A DNA stretch of 57,747 bases, filler included, from Sphacelaria rigidula (lineage: Eukaryota), in assembly GCA_964200075.2 (NCBI GenBank). It is 6 parts of 6 records of this genome, joined end to end, with 100 filler letters (N's around TTAATTAATTAA, not from the genome) between each part and the next. Parts side by side here need not be neighbours in the genome. Positions count along the whole stretch, not along the records: positions 19,288 to 28,829 come from CAXNAA020008263.1; positions 28,930 to 38,469 come from CAXNAA020008264.1; positions 38,570 to 48,108 come from CAXNAA020008265.1; 3 more parts are not named here. One strand, 5' to 3'. The notes below the pieces were generated by a model, which saw only the letters and a program-made list of their open reading frames with translations, did not search any database and was not told the DNA's origin. Shown here one piece after another: positions 26,384 to 38,990 of the stretch. Both the position numbers and the translations under genes were made by a program. The stretch's first letter is position 1. Every line of letters starts with the position of its first letter.

Positions 26384-27074
26384 TGATGACGCTGGAGTCT
26401 CGAGTTGTAGTGGCGCAGTTGGAGAGTGAAAGCAATAGCTTCATATACAGGTCGGGGTGCGGGCGCGAACGTACGGTTCAGGGCGGGGTCGAGATGCTGT
26501 CATGTAGCATGATGCGGTGTTGCGATGGTGTGTATGGCGGGACCGTACGAAACGATCTTGGGGGTGGATGCCAACGATTTCTCTTTCGACAGAGACATTG
26601 CCGCCTCATATATGCTCGAACCGAATTGGAAAGCTCGACGGGTATTTGCGGTACGGTTGAGTCGTGCAATAAGCTATTCACGTTGTGCATCGGCCGTCGA
26701 TTCTTCAGGACAGTGGACGCCCAATCATCCGCTCGGCACATCACTGCGTTGGCAGTGATATCCCCCCATCACGTCACCGACAGCACATTACTGACCTTAC
26801 TGACAGCAACTTGACGCCCGAGATTTTTGTCTGGACACGAGCCTCGAAATGAACAGTGAACACATCCGTCGACAATCAAACAAACCTTGTTTTGCTCCGT
26901 CGCCCACAGCTAACCAGGGATGTGCGGCATGTGAAACCACGGACGCACTTCCTACTCCTCCTAAAAATCGCGCATCAGCAGCGTCGTGCGGTACTCCTGA
27001 GGGCTTTTCGTCATTCAACGGCTAGGGTCTTCAAACCTCATTTCATTGATGAACATCATTTTTTAGAATCCCCT

Positions 27075-27325
27075 GTTATTTTCCGTTTCATTCGACCGCA
27101 CCCTCGCGACATTGAAGAATATTTTAGTTGCACGGGGATTCGAACCCGAGAACCTAGCTTTTGTCAAGATACCGGTTGACTGCTGAGCTAAACAGCCATT
27201 GCTGGTTGACTAGCTCAGCAGTCAACAGGTATCTTGACAAAAGCTAGGTTCTTGGTTCTGAATTCCTTTGCAAGCGAAAGCATTCTTCGATGTCGCGAGA
27301 GGGCGATCGAAAGAAACGGAAAAGA
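27075..27325. repeat. Two head-to-head tRNA-like SINE heads (family D) forming a long inverted repeat
   Basis: 27149-27190 and 27211-27252 are 41/42 complementary and weaker complementarity extends about 75 bp further. The sense head is TAGCTCAGCAG...GGGTTCGAATCCCC. A third partial copy lies near 27700-27745. Confidence 0.75.
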
Positions 27326-27781
27326 CAGATAATTTGACTTCGATGTTGAGTACCGGGGGCGGTCGAAGTCTACCGGTTGACTTGAACAGCGATTGACTGC
27401 TGCCGAGATAGCCCCGCCACGAACCGGCCAAAAAAGTGCACGGAGGCGATTATCATATATACCGCTAGGGCTGGTTTCGTGCTGGACGACGCGACTCATG
27501 TGGGCGTTATAGCTGATTTCGGATTGCTACATGCCTCTCATGTGGGCGAAGTTGCTGCAAACGAGCCCACTAGTGGGATCGCAGCCGGTTTGTCGGACGA
27601 TCTCCGGTGTACTTTTTGTGGGGGGCTACCTCGGCATTAGTCGATGGTTACAGGAATGGCAAACCTGGGGTGAGAGTACTCAGGGCCATGCGACGGTCTC
27701 ACCGACCTTAGCCTTTGTTGAGATATTGGTTGACTGCTGAGCTAAAGCAGTCAATCAGTTTCCTAACAGCAGGTACGTCTG

Positions 27782-28760
27782 ATGATTTGCGCGCACATGC
27801 GCGACGCCGGGCATTGTGGCGTGGCTGCGACGCTCGTGCGTTTGCAAGAGTTGTGTTTCTGGCAGAGGATAGAAACTCATGCGCGCGAATTTGTTCACCA
27901 GTGCCTTCACTGTGCTGACTCGAGGGCGGGCGATGTCGTTCCCCGTCCGCTCGGTGAAACAGTCATGGGACCATGCCGAATGAAGTTGTTCATTTTGACT
28001 TCTTGTACGTGGGCGAGAGTGGCCTGCTAGCTTCCCAAGGTTTGTTGGATGATGCTGAGATTCGGTAAATTTCGGTCATCATGGGTGAATTGAGCAACTT
28101 CGTGTCTGTGGAACCAGTAGCGGTATGTACTGCTGATTCGGCTGCTGCATCTTTGCTAAATTGGTGCAAAATTTTGGGGGTGCCGTGTGTGTGCGTAAGT
28201 GATACTGTCACGCATTTCAAGAATGCGACCTTGGCCCGATTGCGAGAGGCTTTGCACGTTGATCACCAGTTTGCGGTGGCGTATTCTCCGTGGTCTAACG
28301 GCTCTTGCGAGCGCATGGTCAAGGAAGTAGTTCGTGCTCTTCGCTCTATTCTTCTCGAGTAGCGTAGAGCGGTTTCCGAGCGGATGGACGTGTTGCCTGC
28401 GGTGCAATGGGCGCTCAATACAGCGTATCGTAGTCGTTACGATGGTATGCCGTACCACGTGATGCTTGGTCGTGCTCCTCGAACGTATTCCTCGGTGTTG
28501 GCATCTTCGTCGGCGGGGGAATGGAACTGTGATGTCTCGGATAATGGTCAAATTAAGCGTGCATTGCAAGGAGTCTTGAACTTGCAAGAATGTTTCCGCG
28601 TTCAAGGGCGGGAACGTGTTGCCGCTGAACGTGCGCGCAGGCGTTAGGGCGGGTCCTCATCGGGGCTGGAACTGCCGAATATTGAGATAATCGACTATGT
28701 CTTGTATGCACGCGTGCGTCGTCCGGGCGTTACACCCAAGTTGATGACGACATGGAACAA
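27782..28760 (+). mobile_element. Degenerate Ty3/Gypsy LTR-retrotransposon integrase
   Basis: HHCC zinc finger AHMRDAGH...FWQRIETHAREFVHQCLHC, then an rve core HFDFLYV...GVP...VSD..THF...AYSPWSNGSCERM and WALNT. Frameshifts and stops are present. Confidence 0.9.
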
Positions 28761-28829
28761 CAAATTGTGCGAATCGAGGTTTAACTTCGAGATGAGGTTC
28801 AAGCCTACAACAGTGCTTCCCCCACACTT

Positions 28830-28929
28830 NNNNNNNNNNNNNNNNNNNNNNNNNNNNNNNNNNNNNNNNNNNNTTAATTAATTAANNNNNNNNNNNNNNN
28901 NNNNNNNNNNNNNNNNNNNNNNNNNNNNN
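28830..28929. other. Artificial contig spacer
   Basis: Same 100-nt linker. Confidence 0.97.
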
Positions 28930-29530
28930 CAGCGAGGTAAGTGTTGGGTTGGGTTTCCTCCTTCCAAAAAGGGAAAAAAAAAAAAATCACATCCAAAAAC
29001 GTGAATGCACTTACCAGGATTGCAACCCAATATCTGGCACTGTACCGTTACAATTTAGATCCCCGGGGCGCATGGGTACGAGTATTAATCGCTCAAATTT
29101 TCAGACCTCCTCGGCCTGCGTCCTGTGTAAAGGAACGATAATCTCGGAACAGTTTATCCTGTGCATGCTTTCGAGAAGATCGGAACCACTCGTTGGGAGC
29201 GGAGAAAAAATTGTGCAAAGCTTTCGGATGGGCTTCGTTATGCATCGCCTCGATGAAGGTTAGACCGCTTGCAGATATCCTAGTTGGGCGCTCACGTTTC
29301 TAGTGAACATGCCGTCCCTCCACTGGATGACACCTGAAAACCTGAGCGGGTCAAAGCGTCGAGACGTGGCCGAGTAGCTGATGCGAAACGACAGCACGTT
29401 TCCCTTGAGCTCTTATTTATCGCTCCTAACGACATCCCAGCAAATAATGCCCACACGCATGAGACGCTCGGAAATGAGGCGTAGCATGAGGGGGAATACG
29501 AATGGCACCAGCGGCCTTCTTCGAACGCAC

Positions 29531-32500
29531 CTTTGCTTTGAGGGCATCCACGATGTATCCCACGTTCCGGTCGAGCGCTTTCACCATAGCGCATAACACT
29601 AGCCGGTTTGTATCGCTGATCTGCGAGTTTGTGCAACACCGCCACAGATAAGACCACGACACATAAGGGGCTGAGGCCATTGAGCGCGAAAGAGTTGGAG
29701 ATAGTGTGGCACATACCCCCAGTACTTTGTTCACCACCGTAGGAAGAAGGTCATGGTGTGCCCTTGGTGCCGGCAGTAGCGTCGGCTGCGCTGGTATCTT
29801 GACTGACTATACTTAGTCATCCCTACAAAGCCGGGACGGAGAACGCCGGGTTTTCGCCGGACCAGGCTCGCAATCAATTATCAAGGACGAAGCCCCGGGA
29901 TGTGCTCGGCGAGTCGGATGAGGAGTTAGCTGCACCCTACTAAGATTGTTCGGCCCGAAGCGTACTGATTAACTTGCATATGGATAACAGCCTCGAATGA
30001 GTTGTGTCGATTTCTGGTATCGCCACTTCCAGAGGCAGCCACAGGTTCCACACTGCCTCATGGGTGTCTCACTATGGAAACACTACGTAGTACGAGCGTC
30101 CCCTTCGGGCGGAATTGAAGCTCTCCACCCCTCACGACATGATCTACCTCGACCACCCTCGTGGTTGCCGCGAACAAACGCGAGCGAGAAAGCACAGTAA
30201 AACCTGGTTAGCTGGCTTACGCTGTGAAGGGCGTATTTTGCAGCACCATTGCCAACCGATGCCAACCCTCGAAGTGGCAGAAGAGGCGAACGAAACAACG
30301 GACGAATTCCCGACGTGCGGGGAAGAAGTAATGGTTGCCATGACGATCATATTGTGAAATTGGATCTATGAATATGAACAAACACCCGAGAGGTGGAGAG
30401 GAGCAGCGGTAAACCTTCTAAAGGAAGAATACACGGCTGGTCAAGGAAATCATAGGAAGATGACGCTACTAGACACCGCGGGGAAATCATTCTGTGAGAT
30501 TCTGAACGATGGAGTGGGAAAGATGCTTGAGAAGGAAAAAAACAATCAGCGAGGCGCAAGCATAGTTTAGACCAAACTGTAGCTGTATAGACCACGTGTA
30601 CACATCAGGTGAGATTAATCAAGTTAGGAGAGACGTGGGGCAAAAAACTCACTGCTATTTTCTTGACGTACAGAAGGCCTATGAAATACTGTCAAGAAAT
30701 GTGTTTCGGAAGAAAGATCCGGAAAACTAGGACGAGAGGAAACATGTGGAGAATGGTGGAAATTTTTGACCGAATGGGCGAGAAGCTCTCTGATGCTAGA
30801 TGGGGAAACATCGAAGTGTGTTGATATTATACAGGGAGTTGGTTGAGGATCCACGTTATCAGCCACTCTTTTCAAGGCATTCATAATGACATGATAGTAG
30901 CAATAGAAGCAGCAAGCAAGGAGTCACGTTTGGGCAAGATACGGAACGAGGTTGGTGTTTGCGGGTAATCTCGTGTACTCATGATCATGCATGCCATAGT
31001 CATAAGACCATCGACCTCGCATGGTACGCATGGGTAATCTCGTGGGAGAAATATACAAAATATCAGGAGAATTGTGGATATAGGTAGGCACGGCGCTAGA
31101 ACATACTAGGAGACGAAGCGTGATCGCGAAGGTAAACAAATGCGCCGTGCCTGTAGGCAACGAAGATCAAGAGAGCCCGGTACAGGTCAAATGAAGCACT
31201 TTTAAGGAGGAGAAGAATTTCCAATCGCAGACCCGTTTACATACCTTGCAAAGAGATGATATTTCGGGGGATGCGCCCATGAGTAGAACGACAGGAAAGG
31301 TTTAAGCACAGATAGGCAAGATAAACATGATCCTAAGAAACTCGCGTCTCGATACGATCAAGATATGTATTCTGATGAGCGTGCTCATGCCGAAGCTAGA
31401 GTATGCAGGAGAAGTATGGGAAGGGAATGCGAAATTGATGAAGCACCTGGAAACAGAAAAGATGGCAGGAAGTACGAGAATGCTTGGATGCCCAAAAACG
31501 ACGAGTGATACAGTATTGAGAGCAGAATTGGGAATGCACACCCACTCACAAAAAATTGAGACTTAATAAAGTCAAAGTGCGGCCATATTGTCAGGAACAC
31601 GCCTAAAACGAGATTGCCAGCCATAGTTGATTCGGCTGTATGGAAGAAAGTAATTAAGGGGCAAGCCAGAATAAGGTAGAACAACGCGATCGAGAAAGTG
31701 TGGAAGGAGATAGGAGGGAACCAAGACGAGATAATGGCCACGTGATTGCGGCGGGTACGAAAGTAAGCAAAATTATCTGGAAATGAGGGGAAAATAAGCG
31801 CTACGATGAACTGTGGACGAGGAAGAGCACCTGAAAACATACGTGGGATCGAGAAAAGGGATAGGGGTGGCACGGCCCAATGGGCTACTAGAAAAAGTTG
31901 AAAGTACGACCTCGGAGTAGGGGACCTGGATCTGTCAGAGAGAAGAAAGAGGTATATCAGCAGTCTGGTTTAGGAGGAAGTAGCTGCACAGAACTGCCTC
32001 TGTGGCACAGCAATACAGAGTAGGGTTCATATCCAGCAGAATGTGACCTTTACAAAGAGGAATGGGACGTGTTACAAGGGGAAATATGCAAAGTAAACGA
32101 ACGTTGCATGAAATCGTATGGTACATCAGACAGTAGCGAGAAAACGATTGCTATACAGTACTAGGAGATGGATGGCGGCCACAGAAAACGAAACATAAAG
32201 GGGGTAACGTATGTAAAGGGTGATGAGCGCCCAACTGTTGTGGGTGTCTTCATTAGGAGTAGGAACGGTGCTCCGTCTCGAAAGGGATGCGTGATCTACG
32301 GTAAAATGACTGAGGCAAGCAACCAATGAGTACCCCCCTTCCCCCCATCCAGGATAACGGTCGAGCACGAGGGCATACGAGATTAGTGAACCAAACTAGG
32401 GCTCAAAACACAAATCCGTGAAAATGACGCCACTCCCCTGTCTCCCACCCCCTGCCTCTCACGTTGATGCCCGACTCAGAGTTTCGTGAAGCTTACATCA

Positions 32501-35500
32501 GGACTGCAGTCAGCAAAGTCGTCAGCAAGGGCCTGAAGAGGCGCGTGACCGGCGGTGAAGGCGGAGTAGAGAAATAGCGGGCCATCGGCGGGGTCGTGCG
32601 CCTCGATCACGTCGACGTTTTTCTGACCGTAGATGTTGGTAATGTAGAAATCTCCGTACGTTTCCTGAACAGAAGACGAGGGCCGACCAAATGCGATAAA
32701 AGTGAAAGGAGGCCTTGAGTACTAAACAGGGGAGGGCGGGGGGGGGGGGGGGGGGGGGAATCGAACAGCTGACAAGATCAATGCCCCCCAGACAGCAGGT
32801 TCCTGTGTTGTAAATGAAGTGCTGGAATACAAGTGACTAAATATATGCGAATGAGAGGGTAGAATACTGACGTCGAGAGTATTCGCAACGAGGGTTGCAC
32901 ACGTCACACCAGTCACCGCTCGAATACGTTCACTCTTCGCCATCACCCATCTAAGGCGGTTGTGCCATACTTCGTCATGCGCGATGGATAGTATCCCGGG
33001 GGTATAAATTAATCCCCAGGCGTCAATTTCATGTTGAATCTTCGACTAATTCATCTGTTGCTTCTTCTACTCCTTTTTCATGGGGGGGAAGGTGTTATTC
33101 GACAAGAGAAACCATCATTGTGAAGCCAGGTCCTGAACAAACAGCAAACCGGTGGCGCGTGTAGAAGGCGCTACTTATAAATCCTCTGTAGCCTTGGAGA
33201 ACAAGGTGGGTGTGATCAAAGGTGCAGCGCCTTCTTGATGCCGCTGCGGACTCACGGTGTCGGGGAATGTGGACTCGGTGGCGGGTTGCGTCAACTGCAT
33301 CTCGTACTTGTGCTCGCTGGTCTCTTCGTCCTCGTAGTAGGACGCGTATTCGTCGCAGGTCCCGTTCACGCCCGCCGTTGCGGTCGCACAGTGATAGTCG
33401 TGTTTGAGAGTTTGTCCATCGACTGAGACATACAGCACAAACGATAGGTTTTATGGTCAGGAATGGAGTTAGGGGGCTGCAAAGGCTTCAAGAAAGCACG
33501 CATATCACTCTTCGTCCATGACCGCAGGAAACATGAGCAACACAGGTCTCTTGCTCGAGATTACATAATATCAAGACAGATTACGGTTGTTGGCATATAC
33601 TTCCGATCCTGAGGCGTATTTTGCAGTGAGCAGCGATGATCGATACATTCGGGTGAAGGAGAGAGACGACAATCGATTCACGCTTTGAACGAAGTGCCTT
33701 CGATCCGCACGACAACAGGACAGCTTCTACAGAGCGATTCATAGTCTTGTTCCGGAAGTGGGGCAGGTGCGACGGTGTTTGCGACAGAAGGATCGGTCAA
33801 CTAATAGGTTGTGGTACGATTTTTCTGCACAAAGAGGCGGGTGTTGAAAACCCCGTACGTCTTCAGTGCTTTGCGTCAAAATCTATAACACATCCCGCCA
33901 GTCTACGTCATCCTGACAAATTGTCAACGGCAATTCGGAATTCGAGTCACCTGCCAAAGGATACGCGCTTGTGATCATTGGCCACCGAGGCGGTTGACTC
34001 CGTCTCACGGTTATTCGAGTGAAAATGATGCCGGTTCGGCAGATGATCCACGATGACGGTCGAAGCATACTGTATATGAACAGTGCGGTACCAGTTGTAT
34101 CCAGTGCACTATTTTATTGGCTCTTGCTTTCACTTCTTACTCCTCTCCTTCCTCGGGGCGAGCCCATGTCTTACAAGGAATCAAGCCATATCTCCCCCGG
34201 TACGGTACACGCCTTGCATTTTAGTATCGCAGATTGGATCATGACCAGCACTTCCGCGCCGCTTCGACTGTCGTTTCAAACTCAATCGAAAATTCCCTGT
34301 GCTACTAACGTCCTCGAGCATTTAACGCGGTGATCAGATACGTACGTCTGACAAAAACGCCAACGTAGACGCATCTGGCGAGAATCAGACCCGCATTTCA
34401 CCCGCACTACTGATGGTGCCAGTTGTACCATCAGATCACCAGGGCACGACGCCAGATTTTCTTTTTATATCGGTCTTGTTTGGCGTGCCACTTTCGGATG
34501 ATTTTGCATCGACCTTACCGTACGCGCGCCTGTTTCAATCCTGGCTACATGCATGTGTTGCCAGGAGTTTGCTTCTATTCTGCTGGTTGATGAGCAATCG
34601 TTCGTCGTTACCACCGCCGTTTGAGCACATCTGCAACAAAGGACAACTGTACACAGAACGGTACACCGTATGTTTGTAATACTGTGGCAAGTTGCACTCA
34701 TCTTGCACGTCAGTAAGCTGGGTTTTTCTCACGCTGACACTGTGGCCTTCGGCAGCAGTGTTGTGGATAGCAGTTGTGAGATCAGCTTTTGATAAAGATT
34801 GTCCTTTATGTAGTAGAAAGGGTAATATACCATGCCATCAGCTTTCGGGCTGATATGCACGGACTCAAATAACGACCTTCTGGTAGAAAGGTTAATGAAA
34901 AGTGGCGCGATATTTGGCTAGATCGGATTTGCTTATCCTTCATCATCACGATTCTCATCAGGAAGGTCTAGCGGCGACAGTTCCGAAGAAATTTATGTTC
35001 CATAGCGTCGTTCGGGTCGTTTTTTGTATACGGCTCTTGAAATCTTGCACTACTGTCCGTTAACCATTTTCTTGACGACTGAGCCATCAACTTGGGTATT
35101 TGCATGACACGGCGCTACTTCGCGAATCAACTTTTGTATACGGTTGCTCCCGGAGTATAAACCTCAAACTCTCCATGGTCGACCGGTCGAAGGGTATAAT
35201 CGACCTTGTTATCGAGAACACCCAGCTCTACTTTCTTTCATCACGCGCGCGGGTGATCAATCTGTGTCCGATTCCGTTCTTCGAACTTTGGACTTCGGTG
35301 GAAAACAGTTCCCGACAATAATGGGACTATCCTTCTTGTAGCCTGACCAGTTGCGTCTGGATTGGGGAACATTTTCTACCTATCGTTGGTATTCGCCTCT
35401 GGCATTACTTGCTACCTCGGCAGCCTCTAGCATTCTCAGTAAGCTGATTAGTTTCAACACAATCGAATGTATTCACGACTGGGCGTACAGCAACACCCGA

Positions 35501-35898
35501 TCGACCTCATGCCCGGTGTTGGGTTCTCATGTTCTGTTCTGAGCGCGTCATCGAGTATGGCGTCCTTCAGCAGCTCTTGCTCATGTCCAATACAAACACT
35601 TCTTCGAACAGCACATCCGCCCCAAGAATAAGGACCTGCCTCATTTATCGTCATACTTTAGCGTCTGCCATGAAACTCACCGTGGTGATAAAAATAGTCC
35701 AATGATCCGGCGAGGTTTCCGCAGAATGAATCGAACCCCCGCCCCACAGGGTGAAACCGTCGCTCGAAATGACCCAGGTGCCACTTGCCCACCATGTGCG
35801 TCTGGTATCCTAGGTTCTTCAGCACTTCGGGCAGCAGCTCTTCCTCTTCATTCAAGGCTTCGGCTCTCGCGGAAAAGCTAGGGTTCTTCATGTTTGTC
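29531..35898 (-). CDS. Arylsulfatase B-like (sulfatase family S1), partial. Exons 35898-35681, 33422-33256, 32664-32497 and 29620-29531
   Basis: Motifs LLPEVLKNLGYQTHMVGKWHLG...HPVGRGFDSF, HDPADGPLFLYSAFTAGHAPLQ and AMVKALDRNVGYIVDALK. All GT-AG junctions are phase compatible (1, 0, 0). The exons carrying the CxPxR and SDNG motifs were not found in this contig. Confidence 0.92.
29812..30270 (-). mobile_element. SINE family A, near full length, in a sulfatase intron
   Basis: Runs from ccctacaaagccgggacggag...ggaccaggctcgcaatc to gccaaccgatgccaaccctc, collinear with 56513-57001. Confidence 0.75.
30400..32345 (+). mobile_element. Degenerate LINE (RT domain to 3' end), antisense in a sulfatase intron
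   Basis: Broken RT motifs FRPNCSCIDHVYT, FLDVQKAYE (frameshifted), QGVG*GSTLSATLF and LVFAGNLV (FADD equivalent), then PKLEYAGEVWEG and VLRAELG. Ends ...gactgaggcaagcaaccaatgagtaccccc. Confidence 0.88.
30976..31031 (-). mobile_element. 5'-truncated family A SINE tail with a 13-bp target-site duplication
   Basis: gggtaatctcgtg at 30963-30975 and 31032-31044 flanks tactcatgatcatgcatgccatagtcataagacc. Confidence 0.8.
34195..34340 (-). mobile_element. SINE family C 3' fragment
   Basis: ccccggtac...ccttgcatt..gtatcgcagattggatcatgacca is the reverse complement of 41960-42025. Confidence 0.6.
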
Positions 35899-35982
35899 CT
35901 GGAGGTAAATCTGGGATCGTTTATATAAAGTCAAGAGACAACAAAACGGACGAAGAGATGCATAAATTTGCCGAGGGGGGAA

Positions 35983-36130
35983 GTGTACTCGTGATCATGC
36001 ATGCCATAGTCATAAGACCGTTGACCCCCCATCCCTACAAAGTCGGGACGAAGCACGTCGCGTTTTCGCCGGGCCAGGCTCGCACTCAATCACCAAGCGC
36101 GAAGCACCGTGATGAGTTCGGCAAGTAGCA
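35983..36130 (-). mobile_element. SINE family A 3' fragment
   Basis: gtgtactcgtgatcatgcatgccatagtcataagacc...ccctacaaagtcgggacg. Confidence 0.75.
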
Positions 36131-36854
36131 TCAAAGGTGAGATATTTATTCAATGTATATATATATATATATACAAGAGTTTCTGCGGCTTCGCCGCCAC
36201 GATCAGTGGATCGACGGCCAAGGTAGCTAGCTGTGTGCGTTGCGTGACGGCAAAGGTCATTCTTAGGAGAAGAAGCCGCAGCAGCTCATGAGCTGAGCAC
36301 GGTAGTCAATTGAGTGAAATTGATGCCACTTCAACGGATGGCCTAATTTTCCCGCCGTCACAGGGTTGACGTAGAGCGGCGGGAAGTTTTTGTAGTATCT
36401 TCTGTTTGATTTATGAGCATGATGCCGGTTCGAGTTTCATGTAAAATTGATGCAGATTCCACAAGATACTTTTTTTTGTTTTGTCTCCAGCCCGGAGATC
36501 AACGTGAATGACGCGCACGTACGAAAACTCAACACAATCCATCACATAGGTGAACCTGAGGAATTGACCACCCCCGCAAACCAAGAACACATATAGTAGC
36601 CACGAATTTGACCATTTGATCGTCAACCAAGAAACGAATCCACCGCCAACCGAAACACATATGGTGGGAACGAATCCGACAATTTGACCGCCATGATAGA
36701 TTATCCGTTGTTTCATCGGCATCAGTTAGTTGAACTTGGCGAATTACTTCGTAGCTCAAATGAGCTACCCTACCGGTCAAATGGTTAAAACAATAAAAAC
36801 GAAGTGAAGTCGAGACCATGCGATATACATGCACGATAGTTGTGTGCGGTACGT

Positions 36855-37106
36855 GTCATCACACAAAAGGAGGCCAACACAGAAAATTCTGTGGTGGCCG
36901 CCTTATTTTTTCATCGCGAGAGAGGTTCGGCGCTCCCTTTTCCTCGTCGACCGTGAAATCGAATCATGTCTACCCACGACATAGTCGCCGTCCAGTGTTG
37001 GACATGGTGTAAGCTAAAATTCCAGATCGTGTGACAGCACTGAGGTTCGAACCCACGACCGGACCGTCATGAGGTTTCGAGGTTACCAACTGAGCCACCG
37101 GGGCGA
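36855..37106 (-). mobile_element. tRNA-headed SINE-like repeat (family B)
   Basis: Minus-strand head TGGCTCAGTTGG ... GGGTTCGAACC. Body tacccacgacatagtcgc is shared with 11862. Confidence 0.75.
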
Positions 37107-38469
37107 CCGTCTGCCGACTAAAATATAAAAAAATAGAAGCCGGCGCCTCAGACGAAAATAATTCATGTACGTCAGAGTAGTAGCAGCAGCAGCAACAACA
37201 GCAGTCCAGAGATAGTAAAAGGGAAGTACAGTCGAGACGATGCGACATGCGGGCAAGATCACAACATGCTCTCGGTGTGCCCCGAGATCGAACATAGAGT
37301 CGTTCCGCACAGTCCATCCGACTGAGCATGATGCTGATTCAATGTTCAAGTAAAAACGATACCTGTCCCACGAATGAATGTGGGGCCTGTGTACGGTACG
37401 AGGTGGCATCTCCGAGGTTCAAAGGATACATCGTCACACCAGCGAGGGAAAAACGGCGGAGCGCATATGATATGAAATGAATGATAACACCATGCACAAC
37501 GCTGCCCGGAAAACGATGCTCCCGAAACCCGAACATAACCGGAATGTCTAGCGAGATGAAAGCAAAGAGGCTGATATGGAAAACGTGTACTCTAGAACCA
37601 AGTAGGAAGAAATGCTGCCTTGTCAAAGCTTGAGAAGACGAAATGGTCCCGTTTAGATGTACTCTAAAATCAAGTGAGAGAAAATGCTGGCTTCTCAGAG
37701 CTTGAGAAAAAACAAATGACCCCGTTTAGCTGTAGTCGAAAATCAAGTGAAAAAAATGTACCTGTCTGCAGGGCTCGCCAATGGAAAAAAAAGGTAACCT
37801 GCATATATGTTACAAGGTTTTCGGCGCTTCGCGCCACCGCTCAATGGAGCGTTTCCCCAGGCAAAAGATAATGCAGAGTGTTCGGCGCTCAACATATGAC
37901 TGAAAAACAAGTTCAAAATGTAGACAGAATAAAGATGTTAGAAAGAGGGAAAGCCTTCGTGTGTGCAGAGTGACGATCGCATGCACGACTTTGCCATTCG
38001 GGTTGTTCATACGTCATGATGAAACTGCCCACGGAACACTCCTCACCATATATCTCAATCACCGACGAGAAGATAACAGAAAATATAAAGCTCAACTGCG
38101 CAGAACTAAAAGTTATCGGTCAAAAGTCGTCAATGCGAAGACCTCACAGAAGACACCAATTATGTACTGATCCTCCTATGCTTCAGGGCATCACGGCTAA
38201 AGTCATCCACTGAAGAACTCCCAGACCACCATAGTCCAAGGAAACGTACCATTGTGCATACAAGGGGTCGCAAATAAGCGATGCACCCAGGCGGTACCCC
38301 AAGTCTCGCGGGCACAATCCTGAATCAAATCAAGAAAATAACACAGTCCAGCTGGAAACTCGGTGGAGACGCTGAATTCGAGATGTAATTTGCGGTATTA
38401 ACCCTTATTTCAGTGGATAATCACCATTTGATATTAGAGATAACCAATTCGGGGTATTCGGGATGGGCG

Positions 38470-38569
38470 NNNNNNNNNNNNNNNNNNNNNNNNNNNNNNN
38501 NNNNNNNNNNNNNTTAATTAATTAANNNNNNNNNNNNNNNNNNNNNNNNNNNNNNNNNNNNNNNNNNNN
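38470..38569. other. Artificial contig spacer
   Basis: Same 100-nt linker. Confidence 0.97.
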
Positions 38570-38990
38570 CGTGTCTGCTGGAGGAGGTTGTGGGGGGTGT
38601 GGTGGGGGTGGTAGGTGGGTGTTGGGAGGGGGGGTGGGGGAGGGCTATCGCTGCGTCACTCACTTGTTGAAAAACATAATCGAAACATATTAAAATTGTC
38701 TTGTATTACTTAAGGTACATCCAATATATGGTGTGAGGAGATCCGTAACATGATTAATTAGGGCATGCGCGTCGGTAAACTTGCCCCACAAGGCTTCTAT
38801 CGATCGCGATAATTCGCTCTTGAGGAGGAAGAGGAGGAGGAGCGTGTATCGGATACAAAACAGCACTGCACACTACAGCAAACCAAAAGATTGAAACAAA
38901 GAAACGAATAAACGGATAAACAAGTGGCACTACGATTGCCACATTTCAAAGTGTATACCTACCACCACGTTGTAAGTAGTAACGACATAC

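Noticed and set aside
31372..31400. Hammerhead-like CTGATGAG
   Set aside because: There is no GAAA core or flanking stems, and it is simply LINE coding sequence (ILMSVLMPK).
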